Origin: an uncultured Candidatus Rokubacteria bacterium
Lineage (GTDB): Bacteria; Methylomirabilota; Methylomirabilia; Rokubacteriales; CSP1-6
Direction: 5' to 3'
NCBI GenBank assembly: GCA_963762145.1
Contig: CAVXJS010000010.1
Span: 260,203 to 324,202 of the forward strand
DNA: 64,000 bases
The translations under genes and the position numbers were made by a program. Below are positions 60,596-64,000 of the stretch, piece by piece. The first letter of the stretch is position 1, and each line of letters opens with the position of its first letter. The notes under the pieces were generated by a model, which saw only the letters and a program-made list of their open reading frames with translations, had not been told where the DNA came from and ran no database searches.

Positions 60596-60611
60596 CTCGG
60601 CCCTCTTTGCA

Positions 60612-61216
60612 CTTCCATCTGCAGGCAGCCGTTGTGCGCGGTGACGACCTGGTAGCTGAAGCCGGCGGCGAGCAGCAGGTCGGGCGGGTCAGGCCGTGGC
60701 GGAGCAGCCAGCCGGGTCCGAGCTCGCCGCCGAACTCCTCGTCGTAGGTGAAGTGCAGCTCGACCGCGCCCTTCAGCGGCAGGTTCAGCGCCTTCGAGCG
60801 CGCGCAGCGCGAAGGTGTAGGTCGCGAAGTCGCTCTTGCTGACCGCCGAGGCGCGGCCGTAGAGCTTGCCGTCGGCGACCTCGCCGCCGTAGGGATCGTG
60901 GGTCCAGCCGTCGCCGGGCGGCACGACGTCGCCGTGCGCGTTGAGGGCGATCGTCGGGCCGTCGCCGTGGCGGCGCCGCACGATCAGGTTGGTCAGCGAT
61001 TCGAGCCCGTAGGCCGCGACATCGTCGGCCGGGACCGGCGTGGCGCTCGGCCTCGAGGCCGAACTCGGCGAGCAGTTCGGCGGTGCGTTCGGCGTGCGGC
61101 GCATTGCGGCCGGGCGGGGTGTCGGTCGGGACCTGCACCAGCGCCTGCAGGAAGCGGACTTCCTCGGCGAAGTGCGCGTCGACCCAGCGGTCGAGTTGTT
61201 CGTACGGAGTGGTCAT
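60612..61216 (-). pseudogene. M20-family metallopeptidase (ArgE/DapE-like), N-terminal about 200 aa only, frameshifted
   Basis: MTTPYEQLDRWVDAHFAEEVRFLQALVQVPTDTPPG.. then ..LIVRRRHGDGPTIALNAHGDVVPPGDGWTHDPYGG..GRASAVSKSDFATY..AGFSYQVVTAHNGCLQMEV. Similarity ends about 15 nt from the tRNA-Thr 3' end. Confidence 0.65.
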
Positions 61217-61242
61217 GCGGTGTCGACGGCTGGCGGCGTCCG

Positions 61243-63119
61243 TCAGCGGGTCGTTTCGGCGGCCACCTGGTCGAGCAGGCGGGCGAATGCCTCGACGGCG
61301 AGCTGGATGTCGTCGTTGGTGCTCGATTCGAGCGGGTTGTGGCTGATGCCGGCGTTCTCGCCGCGCACGAACAGCATGCCCTGCGGCATCACCTCGTGCA
61401 GCTTCATCGCGTCGTGGCCGGCGCCGCTCGGCATCCGGTGCGGCGGCAAGCCGGCCGCCTCGACCGCGCGGGCCCAGTGCTGCTGCCACTCGGCCGCACA
61501 CGGCGCGGCGGCGGCGCGCATCGTCTCCTCGATCCGGTAGCTCAGGCCGCGCCGCTCGCAGATCGCTTGCAGCTCGCGCGAGCACGTCGTGCGCGCAGGC
61601 GTCGCGCACCGGGTCGGTCGTCGAGCGGATGTCGAGCGTGAACTGGCAGCGGCCCGGGATCACGTTGGTCGAGCCGTTCGGCACGTTCAGGATGCCCATC
61701 GTGCCGACCACGTTCGGCTCGGCCGCCGCGCGCTCCTCGAGGTAGAGCGCGAGCTCGGCGACCGCGGTCGCGGCGTCGCGGCGGCGGTCCATCGGCGTCG
61801 TGCCGGCGTGGCTCGCCATGCCGATCACCTCGCCGGCATAGCGCACGCCGCCGTTGATCGACGTGACGACGCCGAGCGGCAGGTCGAGCTCGTTCAGGAC
61901 CGGGCCCTGCTCGATGTGCAGCTCGACGAAGCCGAGGTACATCGAGGGGTCGCGGCGCAGCGACGCGATCGTCGTCGATGCGCAGGCCGGCCTGCTGCAT
62001 CGCGTCGCGCATCGCGACGCCGTCGGCATCGAGCTGGTCGAGCCAGGCCGGGTCGAACTGGCCGACCAGCGCGCCCGAGCCGAGGAACGTCGCCTTGTAG
62101 CGCTGGCCTTCCTCCTCGGCGAAGCCGACGACCTCGAAGTCGTAACGGCAGGCGCCGGCCGGCGCGGTGCAGCTCGCGCACGCAGGCCATCGGCGCGAGG
62201 ATGCCGAGGCGCCCGTCGTACTTGCCGCCGTTGCGCACGGTGTCGTAGTGGCTCCCCGTCAGCAGCCGCCGGCTGCTGACAGGGGCCACTTCGTGGTTGA
62301 ACGGGCCCGACCCCTCCCGCTCCCGCCCCGTCCAGGGGAGGGCCTGACGCGTTCGGCAAGCGTGGTGTCGCTCCAGTAAACACCGACGACGTTGCCGACC
62401 GCATCGATCGAGACCTCGTCGAAGCCGCACTCGTCGCGCATCCAGGCGACCAGCTGCGCCGCGCAGGCGCGGTGCGCGTCGGTCAGGTAGGTGACCGTCA
62501 GCTGTCCCAGCTCGGCATAGCCGGGGTCGGTGTGCCGGGCGAGCGATTCGGCCCAGTCCCAGACGAGGTTGCCGAGCTCCGGCGTCACGCCGAACTTGTC
62601 GTCGAGGCGGATCTCGGCGATGCGGTGGATGTTGCGCAGGCACTCGGCGAGCTCGAAGTCGGGGTGGTTCGCGAGTCGGCGCTCGAAGGTCGCGATGATC
62701 TGCCGCGCGGCTCAGGCCGGCGCCGCGCGGGCCGCGCACCGCGAGGATGAACGGCCAGCCGAACTTGGCGTTGTAGTCGGCGTTGAGCCGCTGGATCCGC
62801 GCGAACTCGTCCGGCGTGCAGTCGGTCAGGCCGGCGCGGCCCTGCTCGTTGCGTCGACTCCGCGGTCAGGCTCTGGCTGACCATCGCCTTGCCGGCCAGC
62901 TCCGGGTGGGCGCGCACCAGCGCGATCTGCTTCTCGCGCCCGCTGCCGCGCACGACCTCGACGAGTGCACGCTTCAGCGCCGCGAGGCTCGCGAACGGCC
63001 GCGCGCCCGCGGCCTGCGCCGGCGATCCACGGCGAATGCTCGTAGGTGCCGTCGAGCAGCGCGGTGAACTCGTCGCGCGAGGCGGCGTTCAGTCGGTCGA
63101 GCGTCAGCACAGCGGGCAT
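61243..63119 (-). pseudogene. fused OHCU decarboxylase / allantoate amidohydrolase-like protein, many frameshifts
   Basis: N-terminus MPAVLTLDRLNAASRDEFTALLDGTYEHSPWIA.. and ..VRAHPELAGKAMVSQSLTAESTQ.. (OHCU decarboxylase). It continues without an obvious stop into ..LTVTYLTDAHRA..DAVGNVVGVY.., ..LLTGSHYDTVRNGGKYDGRLGI.., ..ELHIEQGPVL.., ..MPSGAGHDAM..FVRGENAGISHNPLE.. (M20 amidohydrolase). Confidence 0.6.
62306..62344. repeat. degenerate REP-like element inside the allantoate-amidohydrolase-like coding region
   Basis: cccgacccctcccgctcccgcccc-gtcca-ggggagggcc resembles the ccctcgcccc-N4-gggggagaggg unit of copy B. It adds a Pro/Gly/Arg-rich stretch (..RPSPGRGGSGRG..) where homologues I recall are shorter. 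Confidence 0.4.
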
Positions 63120-63129
63120 CGAGAAAGCC

Positions 63130-64000
63130 TCAGAGGGTCACGCGGATCGTCTTGACCAGCGGCGCGAGCGCTCGCCACCTGGTCGCGCACGAACGCGTTG
63201 AATTGCGCCGGCGTGCCCGGCGTGGCGGTCACGCCGAGCTCGAGCAGGCGCTGCCTGATCTCGGGCTGGGCGAGCACTTCGTTGACCGCGGTGTTCAGGC
63301 GTGCGACGAGGTCGGCCGGCATCTTGGCCGGGCCGGTCAGGCCGAAGAAGTTGTCGAGCACGAGCTTGCGGTAGCCGGCCTCGACGACGGTCGGCACGTC
63401 GGGCACGAGCGGCGAGCGCTGCGACGACGTCACGGCGAGCGGGCGGATCTGGCCGCTCTTGAAGTACGGCACGAACGCGGTCACGACGTCGATGCCGACC
63501 GGGATCACGCCGGAGATCAGGTCGGTCGTCATCGGCGCGCCGCCGCGGTACGGCACGTGGCCCATCTTGATGCCCATCGTGCGCATCATCAGCTCGCCGT
63601 AGATGTGGCCGATCGAGGCCGGGCCGCCGGAGCCGAACTGCAGCTGGCCCGACTTGCGCGCGGCGTTCTCGAGGTCGACGATGGTGTTGATGCCGGTCGC
63701 CGGATTCGCCATCACGACGCACGGCGCCGAGCCGATCGCCGCGATGTGCGTGAAGTCGACGAGCGGGTCGTACGGCTGCTTCTCGAGCGCGAACGGGCCG
63801 ATCGAGATCGGCGTCGAGTTCGACAGCATCAGCGTGTAGCCGTCGGGCGCCGACTGGGCGACCGCGCTGCCGCCGACGCTGCCGCCGGCGCCCGGCCGGT
63901 TGTCGACGATCACCGCCTGGCCGAGCCGCTTGCCGAGCTGCTCGCCGACGACGCGGGCGACGATGTCGCTGGCGCCGCCGGCCGCAAACGTGACGACGAT
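63130..64000 (-). pseudogene. tripartite tricarboxylate transporter substrate-binding protein (Bug/TctC family), 5' end outside window, one frameshift near 63175
   Basis: ..IVDNRPGAGGSVGG..PDGYTLML..VPYRGGAPMTTDLISG..QIRPLAVTSSQRSPLVPDVPT... A frame switch gives the tail ..ALAPLVKTIRVTL and a stop at 63130. Confidence 0.75.

Noticed and set aside
55190-60615. Classical tRNA-targeted integrative element or prophage
   Set aside because: No integrase, recombinase, transposase or phage structural gene lies in or next to the block. Both flanking genes are truncated rather than intact, which does not fit simple site-specific integration.
60612-64000. Last 3.4 kb as a contaminant or chimeric segment from a Burkholderiales-like genome
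   Set aside because: The M20, fused OHCU-decarboxylase/allantoate-amidohydrolase and Bug/TctC genes remind me of betaproteobacterial loci. However, composition looks similar to the rest, the same indel pattern is present, and a degenerate copy of the window's REP-like element lies at 62306-62344. I cannot support a chimera without taxonomic searches or read mapping, so I kept only the breakpoint observation.

Overview
GC-rich bacterial chromosomal window (about two-thirds G+C by eye, not computed). Most of it is housekeeping: rnhA, dnaG-rpoD, mutS2, pth-ctc-prs-ispE, rlmD, groESL behind a perfect CIRCE operator, and rpsF-ssb-rpsR-rplI-dnaB. It also carries many transporters: peptide-type ABC permeases, an ABC-2/GldG set, an Fe3+ ABC system, an Nramp-like protein, two tandem KimA-like permeases and an MFS protein. 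An MrfA/MrfB-like helicase-exonuclease pair and a sigma-54 enhancer-binding protein are present too. Family calls rest on motifs I recognise in the translations; no searches were run. Three caveats or themes stand out. (1) Many conserved genes, including the essential prs and ispE, are broken by single-base indels in patches, while long neighbouring genes are intact. This looks like consensus error, so I type those loci as pseudogene meaning 'interrupted as assembled'. (2) A REP-like palindromic element occurs at four or five loci, twice inside coding regions; one copy splits mutS2 from its Smr domain. (3) The most unusual region is a block at about 55.2-60.6 kb that looks lower in GC and is bounded by two truncated genes. 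It holds an RNA-ligase remnant, two PF10127/RlaP-type nucleotidyltransferases, an MBOAT-like protein, a decayed HEAT-repeat gene, and a tight array of eight CCA-less tRNA genes. The array includes a rare Ile(UAU), duplicated Lys and Ile species, and a Thr tRNA on a Glu-like scaffold. I propose, as inference only, that this is an RNA-repair plus tRNA-supply island. No CRISPR array, integrase or transposase was seen.
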